DNA of 64,000 nucleotides from the human T2T-CHM13v2.0 reference genome, Homo sapiens (GCF_009914755.1 NC_060937.1); one strand, 5' to 3'. Positions 27,050 to 42,677 are shown, counted from the first letter of the stretch. The notes: generated by a model not told the origin, from the letters alone. Numbers and translations are program-made.

Positions 27050-28342
27050 TACAACTTTATTATAATTAAAGCACAATAAATCATTAATACTTAAAGTGTG
27101 CAATTTTATATGTTTACACTTGTATCTTGAAATTATCATCCCAATAAAAAAAATGAACAGATCCATCACCCACAAAAGTTTCCTTCTATCTCTTTGTTAT
27201 CCTTTTCTGTCTCCCAACCCATCTATATGCAAACACTAATGTGTTTTCTGTCATAGATTAATTGTGTTCTCTTGGTGAATTAACCCTTTATCATTATAAA
27301 ATGACTTATTTTCTTCTGGTAATATTATTTTCTCTGAACTATTCCCTGTCTGATATCAATATGCCTATTCAGCATCCTGTTGATTAGCATTACCATGATA
27401 GTTTTTTCTATAATTTTACTTTTAACGTATTTGTTTTTTATATTTAAAGTTAATTACTTGTTGGTAGTATTTAGGTTTTGCTTTCTTAAAAAAATTTATT
27501 CTGACAATCTCTGTCTCTTAATTAAAATATTTAAGCCTCAGTTTTATATGGTTGTGGATATGGTTGGCTTAAATATATCATTTTGCTGTTTTCTGCTCCT
27601 TGTTTTCACCTGCTCTTTGTTCTCCTTTTGGTCTTTTCCAGACTTGTTTTACATAACTAAGAAAAATTATGTGTATCCCTCCATTTACCTTTTCTAGTGT
27701 TCTTTATTGTTCCATGTAGATACAGATTTTCATGTATTATTCTCCTTCTGCTTGAAGGACATTCACATTTCTTATAGTAAAGATCTGCTGGTGATGAAAC
27801 TTAACTTTTGCATACCTAAGTCAGTCTATATTCTATTTTTGTTTTCCAGGGATATTTTTTGTGCATATTGATTTCTAGGCAACTGTATTCTTTAGGGCTT
27901 TAATGTTGTTCTGCTGTCTTCTGGCTGGCATTGTAGTTTCTGATGAGGAATCTGTAGTCATTTTTATCTTTGTTTTCCCATAATTTTGTTCTATGACACA
28001 CTTATGTTATTGGAAACAGTTTTATCCTTTAAAGGCTTGGTTTTAAGTTTAGTTAGGCAGGCACAGAGTAGCTATTATATTAGAGTAAAATTTGACTCAC
28101 TATGGAAACAACATCCTTCTGAATATTCTACCCAATATTTCCTGTTTTATTGACGTTTTTATTCTGGCTGGTGAGAACACAAATACTTCCTAGCCATGTG
28201 TGAATGTCAGGAATTGTTCCACTTGCTCTTTCTAGAGATTCTTCACCAAAGCTCCCGACATTTTGCTATGCATATTCTCTGATTTTGGTCAATGTAAGAC
28301 TCAACGGGATCTCCCTGCAAATCTCTAGATTCTTCTCTCTCT

Positions 28343-28381
<39 letters not shown>

Positions 28382-28690
28382 CGCATGTGTGCGTGTAAGT
28401 CTTTCCCCTCTGGAGTTCTGCCCTACGAATTATAGCTGCCATGTTCTCCTCAAGTTCTACCACTGTCCCTTCAACTCAAGTGGCTACCAGGCTTTGTTTA
28501 TATTTCTACTCGTACTGCAGACTAGAATCTCCATTTGTTTCTCTTCCTTCAGATATCATAGCCCTCTGTTGCCTTTTGTCTCATTTCTGAAAACTGCTGC
28601 TTTATGTACTTGGTCTAGTTCTTTGCTTGCCTAGGTCAGGAGGGTAAAATCATCCTCTATTGCCCCTTCATGGCTGAAAGCAGAAGGTAG
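27050..28690 (-). mobile_element. Old L1M fragments (3'-end, inter-ORF and 5'-end-like pieces)
   Basis: 'tccatcacccacaaaagtttcc', 'tttctgatgaggaatctg', terminal 'atggctgaaagcagaag'; mosaic, boundaries approximate. Confidence 0.6.
28334..28396. repeat. (TC)n(TG)n microsatellite
   Basis: Read directly. Confidence 0.95.
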
Positions 28691-29639
28691 CATACATTGT
28701 TTTCATAGTTAGACAAAATATAAAATATAAACTTATTACCTTCTTGATACAATTGAAAATCCGTGGGTTAGTGAAAGTATTTTTTTCTAAAACATGTTTT
28801 GGAGATAGGGAACCTGACCAGAATTACAATTCAGTGTCTACTGTCCATTTTCTTTTGATTTATATGGGATAACTAGCATCAACACACAGATTCTCATTGT
28901 GCTTCCAGAGACTAGAGAATTCAGGTCATTATTAAGAAGACCATAATTTTAATGTACTAAATATAGATATGGATAAATGTGGTAAATATATCAATAAGAC
29001 TCCTTAAAATTTTTAAGAATTCTTTTTTGTTTAATTGAATATGGTTGTGGAAGAGAACAGTTTAACCTGCAGATAAATCTATACAATAATTTTCTACCAA
29101 TGCTATTACAATAACACAGACTTTATGAAGAATAAGAATGGAGGAAGTAAATGTACTTGAGAAAGTGTTTATGGACTTAGATGCCTATATAGCATTGGTA
29201 GATAATGAGTAATTGTAACAAAAGAACTAGAAAGAAAAGGAGAGAATAAAAGTCAAAATAAGCAAACACAATTTATATTTTATCAATGTCCTGAGATCAT
29301 GATCACTGAAAAGTATATGCTTATTAAATTAAACTTAGTTCCTAGATTGCAAAAGGCAAGGGTGGATGGAGTTCCAATGTTAGCAGATTTTGGAAGAGGA
29401 AAACTCTGGAAAGAGTTTGGCCAAAATAATTAAAGGACAAGTTTATGAAAGAAAAGATAATAATTGTTTATCTCTGAGACTCTGATGAGAGTTATCTGTC
29501 ATAACAGTTTAACATAATTGATAGTTTCCCTGAATTCACATCTATATATTTTTACCACTTTTTGCAATATAATTAACCCTGAACTGAAAAATAAGTAATA
29601 ATTTAAAATAACTATTTTACTACATATGAGGAGCTCTAC

Positions 29640-30075
29640 TGTCTTTATATTTTAGGGTCAAATAAAGCTGATATATCAAAGAGATCCTGAATAAAATGGA
29701 ATAGACAATATAAAATTTAATGTCTCTCTCATTACAGTTTTAAATCAGTGGTCCATTTTTGCTCCATACAGACCCAAATTTCATTCAAGCAATCACTTCA
29801 CAGTCCCATTTGGTGCTATTGTTGTTTTTATGGTTCAAGCCCACACATGGTTCTAATAATCCAGGAGAAGAAAGAGTACTTAGAGGAAGTATGTTTATGT
29901 CATGAGTCCTAGATCTGGAATTGGCAATGTTACTTCTGCTCATAGTCTACTGTTCAGAACTTAAGTCACCAGTGATGAGGAACTACAGGCCTATCTAGTT
30001 GAATTGCTTTATGCTAAGCCAAAATTTTATTGCAACAATAGAAAATGTATTATTTGATAATTATGACTTTCTACT
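29640..30075 (-). mobile_element. Ancient MLT1 (J/K-like) LTR relic
   Basis: 'ctagatctggaattggcaatgttacttctgctcatagtctactgttcagaacttaagtcac'. Confidence 0.45.
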
Positions 30076-30314
30076 ATGATTCTACATGTCAAATCCCAAA
30101 TTTATATTCTTCTTAAAAAATCTATAATCAAGGGATAAAACCTCAAATCAATTCAAAATCAATTTTCATCAAAGTTCATTTTCATCAACAGCTATGTCCA
30201 TTTCACTCTGTATCCCACTTTTTAATCATAGCATTCTACTGGTAGAACTTAAATCACCCAAAACATTAGCTCCTCTCACCTACATGAAAATACCTCTAAA
30301 GATATATCCAAAAT

Positions 30315-31000
30315 ATTTCATTCACTCATTAAACAAATTTTCTGCAAACATTTATTGAGCTAGTAGAATACCACACTGGGCACTTGTCTAATCATACCAA
30401 TTTTGAAAAAAAAAATGAGTCCTTTTGGATAAAGAGTTGGATGAAGGAACTCCTAAAGAGTCATATTTTACAGGGAGTCAATATGATTGAATATGAGTGG
30501 AAGAGGAGGATGAGGGTCCACTTTCTGCCAGTGTGAAAACGTGGTGCTATTCACCAAGAAGATATCAATGGTGGAAAAGGTTTCAGACAAATAATAACTT
30601 TCAGTTTTGTGATATTAACCTTGTGGTTCCTGTAAGACATTTGGGTAGATGCCTGGTTTATCAACTGAAATACAGTTTAAGAGCTCAGGATAGAGGTCTA
30701 ATATAAAATCATAATTGTGAGCTTGTTATCATATCAGCGGAAATTCAATGATGCATGTCAGAAAGGCTATACAGGGATAGAACAGCCACTGAGCATCACA
30801 CAACACTAAATTTAAACTACAGACAGAAAAAATCCAGTAAAAGAGAAAAATATGTCATAATCAGAGAATAGGAATAGATTGAGAAGATACAGATGCACCT
30901 TTAAGTTCCTTGAATATAAGTGCTGTGTTTGTCCATCTTTGCAACATAGTACATGGAACAAAGGGAGGATACAATAAATGTTGACTGAATTAAAAATGAC
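30315..31000. mobile_element. L2 relics (antisense piece plus a sense 3' tail)
   Basis: 'ttcattcactcattaaacaaa...atttattgagc', 'tttcagttttgtgatatt'; tail 'caataaatgttgactgaatt'. Confidence 0.55.
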
Positions 31001-34000
31001 TGTTCTGTGTGGTAATGTGTTGCACATAATTTTTGAAATATTGTAATCTTTTTCAAATTTTGTTAAAAGTCATAAATATTTTTGAAAAACAATGTATCTG
31101 CATTTCAAATTATCTCTTATAATGTATTTGAATAAATAAAATGCCACATTCTAAAGGTATGAACAAATGTTAAGACTGGTGATATAAATTGTCAAAAGCT
31201 TTCCAGAACTATTTTACCAATTTATATCTCCACTTTCTCTTAAGGCACAGGACCATTACAAGCATCGATATTTATCTTTTTATTTTTCTTTTAGCTAATT
31301 CAATAGGTAACTCATGTTTTCTGAATATATTGAGCCATTGATTCTGTGTTTCTATGTACCACCAGTGATTTTCACCATTCTATACTGAACCTAAATAGCT
31401 TACAATAGATATTACGTTCCGTTAATTTTGATATTTTTATAATGGGTTATTTTTATCAATATTATTTATGTGTTTTTTCCTACTTTGAGGTGGAACCTTC
31501 AATAAAGCCTAATCACAACTGCTATTACTCCACATATTTTCTCATATATTACATAAGTATACCCAAAAATCCAACCAAAATAATCACATTTTATTGATAT
31601 TACTAGTTGTCTTCTTTTTAACACAAATAAATGTGTCTTTTCTCTTTTTCTTTTTTGTTATGATTTTCTTGCCTTTCCAAGTCAAATTCCACTCTAGAAT
31701 GGGCTATTCAATGAATCTAAATTTAAGTATTAGAAAGTACACTCTCATTCCCTTCTATTATTTGTCTGTTATCCATTCTCATACTTGAATCCCCAGAACA
31801 AGTTAATTTAAGCAGAAAGAATTACTTACATGCCTTGAAAAAGATTGAGGAGCCAGGCTGATGCTTCCAGTAATACAGCAGATATATATGGAGGTCTATG
31901 TGTATAGGATTCTTTATATAAATTGATAGCTAAGTAGATTTTTACTGAAATCTACTATTTGCAACTCCACCCAATCCCCTGATTTATGTTTTGACTCTTC
32001 GACCAAGTTCCTCGCTATATTTTTATAATACATGTAATCAAAATAGTCAAATCAAAATAATATTTGATTTTAACTTAGTAATCTAACTGTAAGACCAATG
32101 TCTTTGACCATATATCTACTGGTGCTTGTTTTCAGTAATTCAAGAAATGGGAATGGGAGGCACATAGAAAGTAGTAGCACATATACTTCATGAGAGATGG
32201 TACTTTGTCTATTTTTATTTTTAGTGCCTATTGAAGACCAAACGCAGTATTTTCTCAATAAACAAAATGAAAGATTGTTTTATGAAGTGACGAGTTTTAA
32301 TGAGAAATTTAGCATCAAGAAAAAGATAAAATAGAAAGAATGCCTAGTTCTCCAAGGCTTTTCATATTTCTATGTTCTTGTATTCCTTCCTTCCCATTCT
32401 CTTACTCTCACAGTTGGTTTGTCACCAACTTTAGAATATGGCAGTAGGAGTGCTACGTTATAAGTATTTTGTTCAACTGTTTTAAATTATTTTAGTAGAA
32501 AGAAATCACTGCCTATAACAATTATTCTCCTTCTTGATTTTAAGATGTTCTTCTGGAAAACCTTATCCTACTGCTAGTGCATATCGCTCTTATTGCGGAA
32601 ATCTTACATACTCCATAGGGACTTTTTTTAGTCTACCACAGACAACACTTCTTTAAAACCCTGACCATTCCACAATTCATCCAAAAACTTCATAGGGAGC
32701 AATGTCTGACTCAAGCTGAAATAATTAGACTGCCAAAGAAAAGTTCCTTTTCCCAGAATATTATTCTTTAAACAGCAAAATTTCTGGTACCTATTTGTTT
32801 GTTTATGTCATTCTCATTTTAGGTTTAGGACACTTGTAAAAGTAGAACAGCTGTAGGATCCATATTATATCAATAATTGATAGTGCTGTATGTACACTGT
32901 GAAACATTTTTGTCTGTAGATGGAAGCACCTGGGGAAAAGAAGCTCTGTATCAAAGTAGGCTCATTCAGATCTCTAACAGAATTAACAAATAAAAGAGAG
33001 ATAAGAGACTAGAGGAAGACTGATTTTAGATAAGAAGATGTAACAACATATAGTAGCTTTAGCTGGATATGGTGAATTTCTAAATGATGCCATTAGAATT
33101 CCCTAAATATAGCTCTGTATTTATCATATAGAAAATTACTCCAGCTTAAATATTTTTTCTCAACAAAATTTTTCCTACATTTAAAAAATAAGTTACTACT
33201 GCATAATATAGTGAGTATAAAACAGGTTACTTACTCAAATCCATGTATTTTCAATTATGTAGAAGGATGATTTATAGCATTGTATATAAAAAATTGCATA
33301 ATAATAACAAATACTCTTAATATAGCACTTTACAACAGGCAAAACAATGTACATTATTTATAAATACATACATGAGGCTAAATTATATTAAAATGTTTGG
33401 GAGTTATAAAAATAGAATTCACTAGCAGTGATCTGTGGGAAAAGACAGAATAAAAAGAGAAGATTACATGATAAAGGTATGGATAAGGTTCTACTTTTTA
33501 AATTAAGTGGTTGGATTAGGGTATTCATTTTATTGTTTTATAGAAAGCACATTACATAGACAATCGTAAATACACTGTTTTAAAAATTAAAGTGTTGTGA
33601 TAATGATTTTCTGAAATATCATACAAATAATTTTCTTTCACTATTGGTAAACTGAGGATACCCTTAAATGGTGAATCAGGTTAAGTTATATGGATAAGTT
33701 GTATTAATAATAGAAACACATATGAAATGGCAAATTAACAAAACTTGAAGAGCTGTAATAACCAGAGGAATATTTGATAATAATACATAGAATATTGTCC
33801 ACAATTTTTTAACAATGGGGGATCCATTTGAGCATGATAAGGACAAAGCATAAAGCCAGTCAAAATTGTTTTTCTTTGGAACCACAGGAAGTAAAAGACA
33901 GGGCTCAAAAAGGAAGGCTCTATAAATTTCTTCCCTGAAGAATCAATCGCTCCAAACACAGAGCCACCAAGAATACCAGAGGATAAATATAAACATACAA

Positions 34001-34479
34001 CTAGAGAACAGCTTACAAGATGAGGTGGTCAAAGAGTAGAAATGCTGGAAATGGAGTTCAAACAAAATCTTTGAGAGATTATCCAATTTAAGAAGAGGTG
34101 GATTTAAGGGAGTATTCAAAGCAGCAGAAATTAGATTGTAATCAAGAGATAGGACCAAAACCTGGAAACAATATCAGATTCAGATAGATCAGGAGACATA
34201 AGGAGCACTTGAAATAAAGTTGTCAGACCCTTGTGGTGATTTTGGAGTACAAACACATGTGCTGACTGCCTGAGGTTTGCTGAGTGCCTGAATCTTAACA
34301 TTACAGAATAAAAATGAAAAAAAAAAAAGAGAGAAATCTGTGGGTATATTTCTTACCACTACACCTATACTCATACTCATAAGCACAAACCAGTCCTAGT
34401 GTTTATAGTTGTCATTTTTAATAACATTTTGGGATAAACCTACACTATTAACAATAACAATGAAAAATAATCATGTTAA

Positions 34480-34680
34480 TTTATTATTTACTTATTTGCT
34501 TTCTCCTTCACAACAAAGACAATTTTGTGGATGCAGGGATCTCTGCATTTTCTTCATTCTAATCCAAGGTCTAGCAGATTATTTGGCACATATTAGGTGT
34601 TTTTATAAAAATTTGCTAGCTGAATTTCTGCCTTGAATTCTAGATTAAAATGTGAATAATTAAATGAATAAGTGAACTGA
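34480..34680 (+). mobile_element. L2 3' tail
   Basis: 'ctagcagattatttggcacatattaggtg...tgaataattaaatgaataagtgaa'. Confidence 0.55.
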
Positions 34681-37600
34681 TAAGAACTGATCATTATGAG
34701 CCCTACTTTTATATAAAAACCTAATGGTTTCAGAAAAAGTATGAATGGAGCATGGATAGGATAAGCTGTTGAACCGGTTAGCAAACAACATATAAGTGAA
34801 ATAGGAATATGAGAAATAGGCTAAATACATAGCTATTTAATATCTTTATATATAAAATTTTCTAAGTTTAACCAGAATATTTATTTTTATAATTCTTATT
34901 TTTAAAGACACATTTAATCAATTTTAATATTTTGTATAATATAGAATTGAAAATTATTCCAAATAGTGTATATAAAACAATATTGGATGAAACACTACAG
35001 TATGTGTTGAAACAATATGAGTTTTATGTTTATTATTACAATATACAATGTTTAAAATAATGTATGATGCCTACCTAAAGTGTGTCAAATTGTTAAAAAA
35101 AAAAAAAACCATTTTGATAGGAATGCTGACTTTGCTTTTCTGTTATTGAACGTTAAGATAGAAAATAATAATAACATAGAGATCTGTTCTAAAAGATGAA
35201 CATAATATAAAAATATAGTTATTTAATTTTTTGATTTATAAAAGGAAGATTTTGGCTCAGCAGGTTCTCTGATTTTTCACTTGCCCCTTGCTATATATAT
35301 ATAAAAGTTGAACCCAATGTTGAATTTAAATAAATGAAAATAATTCTAGTTCTATAACATACAAGCACATACATATGATATTGTAGTGAGTACTGAATTA
35401 TATGGCCAACATCAGATGTATTATAAGTTATATGACTAGTTTTTCTTTTTTTTTGTTCAAGTTATTTCCTATATTCTTGCCATAATAGTTGCTATATGTA
35501 GCATACCTGTAATATCTTGCATAACATCAAAACAAATTGTTCTTGTTTTTTATGTAAAATTGTCTGCTTTTTATTTTTGAGGATACATAGTAGGTTTATA
35601 TATTCATAAGGTATATGAGATATGTTGATACAGATGTACAATGCATAATAATCACTTCGGAGTAAATAGAGTATCCATCACCTTGAGCATTTATCCTTTC
35701 TTTGTGTTATAAATAATCCAATTATATTCTTTAGTTATTTTAAAATGTACAATAAATAAATTATTGTTGACTGTATTCACTCTGTTGTACTATCAAATAC
35801 TAGATCTTATACATTATATCTAACTATATGTTTGTATTCATTAATCATCCCCACTTCCTTCTCTTTCCCCATTACCTGTCCAAGACTCTGGTAACCATCA
35901 TTCAACTCTCTGCCTCCCTGAATTCAATTGCTTTAATTTTTAGCTCCCAGAAATAAGTGAGAACATGTGAAGTTTGTCTTTCTGTGCCTCATTATTTCAC
36001 TTTGGCATCATGACCCCCAGTTACATCCATGTTAGAAATGATAGGATCTTGTTCTTTTCTATGGCCGAATAGTACTCCATTGTTTCTATGTACATTTTTT
36101 AATCCATTAATCTGTTGATAGATGCTTAAGTTGTTTTCAAATTTTTGCTATTGTGAATATTGCTGAAATAAACATGGGAGCGTGGGATAAATGGAATAAA
36201 TCCCATTTAGTCACGATGAATGGTGTTTTTAATATGTTGTTGATTTTGGTTGGCTAGTATTTTGTTGAGGAATTTTGGATTTAAAATTCATTAGGGATAT
36301 GGGTCTGTAGTTTTCTTTTTTTGATGTGTCTTTGTCTGGTTTTGGTATTAGGATAATACTGGCCTTGTAGAATGAGTTTGAAAGTATTCCTTCTTCCCAA
36401 TTTTTTGGAATAGTTTGAGTAAGAATGGTATTAGTTCTTCTTAAATGTTTAGTAAAATTCAACAGTGAAACCATTGGAACATGGGCTTTTCTTTGCGGGA
36501 GACTTTTCATTATGACTTTGATTTCTTTACTTGTTACTGGTCTGTTCAGGTTTTGGATTTCTTTATGATTCATTCTTAGTAAGTTGTATGTGCCTAGGAA
36601 TTCATACATTTCTCCCAGGTTTTCTAATTTATTGGTATGTAGTTGCTCATAATACTCCCCAATGATTCTTTGAATTTATTTGGTATCATTTGTAATATAT
36701 CATTTTTCATCTTTGATTTTATTTATTTGGGCCTTCTCTCTTTTCTTCTTAGTATGGCTAATACTTTGCCAATTTTATCTTTTAAAAAAACATCTTTTCA
36801 TTTCATTGATCTTTTGTAAATTTCATTTATTTCTGCTCTGATCTTTATTATTTATTTGCTTCTACTAATTTTGGGTTTAGTTTGCTCTTGCTTTACTAGT
36901 TCTTTAAGATGCACAATTAGGTTATTTATTTGAATTTTTTTTCTTTTTTTACTTTTGTGATGTAGGCATTTATAGCTATCAAATTCCCTCGTACTACTGC
37001 TTTAACCTATATTCCATAGGTTTTGATATGTTGCGTTTCCATTATCATTTGTTTCAAGAAATTTTTCAGTTTGTTTCTTAATTTCTTCATTGACCCCTTG
37101 GTTATTCAAGAGCATATTCTTTAATTTCCATGTGTTTGTATAGTTTATAAAATTCCTCTTGTTATCAATTTCTAGTTTTGTTCCATTATGGCCAGAGAAG
37201 ATACTTGATATTATTTCATATTTTTTAATTTTGTAAGACTTGTTTTGTGGTCTAACATAAAATCTATCCTTGAGAGCCAAGAAAAAGAATGTATATCCTG
37301 AAGCCATTGGATGAAATGTTCTGTAAATGTCTATTCGGTCTAAAGTGAAGATTAAGTCTGATGTTTCTTTTTTGATTTTCTCTCTAGAAAATCTGTCTCA
37401 TGCTGAAAGTAGGGTATTGAAGTTTTCAGCTATTATTGTATTGAGGTCTATCTCTATAGCTCTAATATTATTTGCTTTATTATTTTGTATATCTGAGTGC
37501 TCTAGTGTTATGTGCATATATATTTAAAATAGTTATATTTTATTGCTGATTTTACCCCTTACTCATTATATAATGATTTTCTTTGTTCCTTTTGATAGTT

Positions 37601-38247
37601 TTTGTCTTGAAATCTATTTTGTCTGAAGTAAGTATAGCTATTCCTGCTTTTTATTGGTTTCCATTTGCATGAAATGTCTCTTTCTATCCGTTTATTTTTA
37701 GTCTGTATGTGTCATTATAGGTGAAGTTTTGTTTTGTTTTGTTTGTAGGCAACAGTTCATTGAGACTTTTTTAAAGGATCAGTTCAGTCACTATATCTTT
37801 TGACTGGAGAGTTTAGTCCATTTAAATCCAGTGCTATTATTAATAAGTAAGGACCTATTCCTGCCATGTTGTGGTTTGTTTTCTAGTTGTTTTGTGGTTT
37901 TTCTCTTCCTTCATTTTTTTCCTTGCTCTCTTCCTTTTAGTGAAGGTAATTTTCTCTGGTGGTATGATTGATTTTTTTTTGCTTTTGATTTTTTGTGTAT
38001 CTGTTGCATGTTTTTTGATTTGGGATTACCATGGGACTTGCGAATATTTTATAACCCATTATTTTAAACTTATAACTTAATTCAGATTTTATAAACTAGC
38101 AGTCAAGCACTAATAAAAACTATACACATTAACTCTGTCTCACCACTTTTTAACATTTTGTTGTTTATTCACCATAAATACAGTGTTATGATATTCTGTG
38201 CACTTATTATCAGTGAGTTTTGAACATTCAAATAATTTCTTATTGCT

Positions 38248-38898
<651 letters not shown>

Positions 38899-39554
38899 TT
38901 ATCATTTCTTATAGAACAGATCTGATATTGATAGTATCCTTCAGTTGCTGTTTGTCTTGCAAAGTCTCTATTTCTCCTTCATGTTTGAAGAATATTTTCA
39001 CTTATGATACTATTCTAGGGTTTGAGTTCCTGTTTTTGTTTTTTTATTTTCAGCACTTTAAATATGTCATGCTACTCTCTCCTGGCCTGTAAGGTTTCCA
39101 CTGAAGAGTCTGCTTCCAGATGTATTGAAGACACATTGTAGGTCACTTATTTATTTTATCTTGCTGCTTTTAGGATCCTTTCTTTATCCTTGACCTTTGA
39201 GAGTTTCATTATTAAATGTCTTGAGGTAGTGGCATTTGGGTGAAATGTGCTTGATGTTCTAAAACCTTTTTGTGCTTGAATACTGATATTTTTCTATAGG
39301 TTTGAAAAGTTCTCTATTTTATTATCCTTTTGAATAAACTTTCTACTCCATCTCTCCCTCTCTCTCCTTTTTAAGGCCAATTACTCTTAGATTTACCCTT
39401 TTGAGGTTATTTCCTCAATCTCGTAGGTGTGCTTCATCCTTTTTTATTCTTTTATTTTTTGTTCCTCTGACTGTGTGTTGTCAAACAGCCTGCCATCAAA
39501 CTCACTAATTCTTTCCTCTGCTTGATCAATTCTGTTGTTAAGAAACTCCGATGC

Positions 39555-39859
39555 GGCTGGGTGCAGTGGTTCACACCTGTAATCCCAGTATTTTGGGAGG
39601 CCAAGGTGGGCAGATTACAAGGTAAAGAGTTCAAGACCAGCCTGGCCAACATGGTGAAACCCCATCTGTACTAAAAATACAAAAAATTAGCTGGGTGTGG
39701 TGGCAGGCGCCTGTTACCCCAGCAACTCGGGAGGCTGAGGCAGGAGAATTGCTTGAACCCAGGAGGCGGAGGTTGCAGTTAGCCAAGATAGCGCCACTTC
39801 ACTCCTGCCTGGGCAACAGAGTGAGAATCCGTCTCAAAAAAAAAAAAGAAAAAAAGAAA
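39555..39859 (+). mobile_element. AluS (Sg-like)
   Basis: Full dimer; TSD aagaaactccgatgc/aagagactccaatgc. Confidence 0.95.
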
Positions 39860-42606
39860 AAGAGACTCCAATGCATTCTTCAGCATGTCAATTGCATTTT
39901 CAAATCCAGAATTTCTGCTTGATTCTTTTTAATTATTTCAATTTCTTCATTAAATGTATATGATAGGATTCTGAATCCCTTCTCTGTGTTATCTTGAATT
40001 TTTCTGAGTTTCCTCAAAACAGCTATTTTGAATTTGGTGTCTGAAAGGTCACATATCTCTGTCCCTCTGGAATTCATTCATGGCGCTTTATTTTGCTTGT
40101 TTCTTGAGGTCACGTGTTTCCTGGATGGTGTTGATACTTGTGGATGTTTGTCTGTGCCTGGGCATTGAAGAGTTGGGTATTTATTGTAGTCTTTGCAGTC
40201 TGGACTTGTTTGTTCCCCTCCTTCTTGCAAAGGCTTTCCAGGTATTCTAAGAACCTTGGGTGTTGTGATCTACATTTTTGGTCACTTCAGCCATATTTGC
40301 ATTACGGGGCACCCACCCCAAGCCTAGTATCACTGTGGCTCTTGCAGACTCATAGAGGTACCGCTTTTGAGGTCTTGGATGCTATCTGAAGAATTCTCTG
40401 AATTACTCTTTTTTCTCTTCCCTTACTTTCTTCCAAACAAAAGGAGTCTCTCTCTCTCTCTGTGCTAAGCTGCCTGGAGCTTGGGGAGGGGCGACACAAG
40501 TACTCCTGTGGTCAGCACCACTAGTACTGTGCTTAGTAAGATGTGAAATCAGCACAGCACTGAGTCTCATCCAAGGCTTGCTGTAACCACTACCTGGCTA
40601 CCACTTGTGTTCGCTCAAGGCCCTAGTGCTCTACAATCTGCCAGTGGCAAACCCAGACAGTCTTGTATCTTTCCCTTGAGTGTGGTGAGATCCCCTGGCC
40701 CCAGGTCCAGAGATGCCATCCGAGATCCTGGGCCTGGAGTTGGAAACCCTGGGAATCTACCTGATGCTCTACTCTACTGCAGCTGGGCTGGCACCCAAGA
40801 CACAATACAAAGTCCTTTCCATTCTGCTCTTTCCTTTCCATAAGCAAAGGAGTCTCACCCAATGGCCACTATCACCCTGGGCCCATAGCAAAAACCTCCT
40901 GGCTATTACCAATATTCCCTCAAGGCCCAAGGGCTCTTCATTCAAGTTGTGGTGAAGTCTGCCAGGCCTGAGACACTTCCCTCAGGAGAATAGGCTCCCC
41001 TCTGTTCTAGTATAGATCCAGAAATTCTGTCCAAGAGCCAAGGCCTTGAATAGGTAACTCCAAGAGCAGACTTGGTGCTCTACCACACTGTGGCTGAGCG
41101 GCTACCTAAGCTGCAAGACAAAGTCCCCTTTATTCTTTCCTCTTATTTTCTCAAGCAGAAGGTGTCTCTCCCTTGAGCCACCACAGCTGGGAATGTGCTG
41201 GGACACACCTGAAGCCAGCACATCTCAGAGTCTCACCCAAAGTCCATGGTGAGTACTACCTGGCTACCACTTCTGATTATGCAAGGCCCAAGGGGTCTTT
41301 GGTCAGCAGATGATGAATCCTGCCAGGACTTGATCCTTCCCTTCAAGGTAGCAGGTTCTTTTCTGGCCCAGGGTGTGTCTAGAAATGCCATGCACGTGGT
41401 AGGGTCTGGAATGGGGACCTCATGACTCTGCCCAATGCCCTACTCTACTGTGGCCGAGCTGGTATCCAAGTTGTAGGACAAAGTCCTCTTTACGCTTCCC
41501 TCTCCACTCTTCAAGAAGAAGGAAGAAGTATCTCCCAAAGCTGCAAGCTGCATTGCCTGGGGTTGAAGGAGGAATGACACAAGCACTCCCTTGGCCACCT
41601 TGGCTGGTGTCTCACTAGGTTGTGTGCCCCTCAAGTCTACTGGTTTAAAGCTCAGCACAGCATCAAGACTTGCCCAGGAATTGCAGTCCTTATGGTTCAG
41701 ACTGCCTTTTGAGTTTATTTAAACCCCAGAGCCCTTTAGCCTGTGGTACTAAGGTTTGTGAGAACTCAGATTCTGACCATTGGAATGAGCTAGAGTGGAT
41801 TCTCCTCTAGCTAGAGCTGATCTAAAAGCTCCCCCCATGGGCACTGGCTGAGTTCTTCCCAGCGTTGCTTTCCACTATGACAGGGCAGTACTGAGTTCCA
41901 ACGCAAAGTCCCGCAATCATTGTGCTCTCCCTCCCTCAGATGCACAGATTCTCTCTATGCAACATGGCCACTGCTTGGGGATGGGGGAAGAGTGGCATCA
42001 GTAATTGAGACTGTCTTTCCTACCCTTTTCAGTGCCTCTTTCAGTGATATAAATTCAAAGCCATGTACTATAATCACTTACCTGAATTTTGGTTCTTATT
42101 AAGGTGCTTTTTCTTTGTATGGATAGTTGTTAAATTTAGTGTTCCTGTGGGGAGAACAATCAGTGGAGGTTTGTATTTGGCCATCTTACACTACCTCAAA
42201 GCAAATTGTTAAGTACCCTTCTTTTGAGATAATTTCCTATCCCAGAATATTTTCTTTTTGGAGTAGTAATTTCTAGATAATATACAAGTTTCATGTGATG
42301 TAATACTTGAAGGTTTTTTTATCATATACAGATTTCACTTTGTAAAACTGAAACATTATTGCCCAAATAAATTTTTGTTACTATATATACTAAATACTTA
42401 AGAGAGTAGAGTTCCTTTAACTATTGTGGTATTAATGAAAAAATTAACAACATATTAATTTTGATTCCACTGCTTCTTTTTATTTTAGTACACAAAATTT
42501 TTAATATTAATTGCCTTCATCAAGTGATTCTTTTCTAGTTCCTTTATATCGTAAAAATTAAAGAAAGCCACTACTTCACTGAGAGTCTTGGAGTTCTGTG
42601 AAACAT

Positions 42607-42677
42607 TCTCTCTCTCTCTATCTCTCTGTCTCTCTCTCTCATACAGACACACACACACACACACATACACACACACA
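42607..42677. repeat. (TC)n(CA)n microsatellite
   Basis: Read directly. Confidence 0.93.

Noticed and set aside
36229-37307. ORFs of 126 and 101 aa
   Set aside because: Degraded L1MA ORF2 fragments
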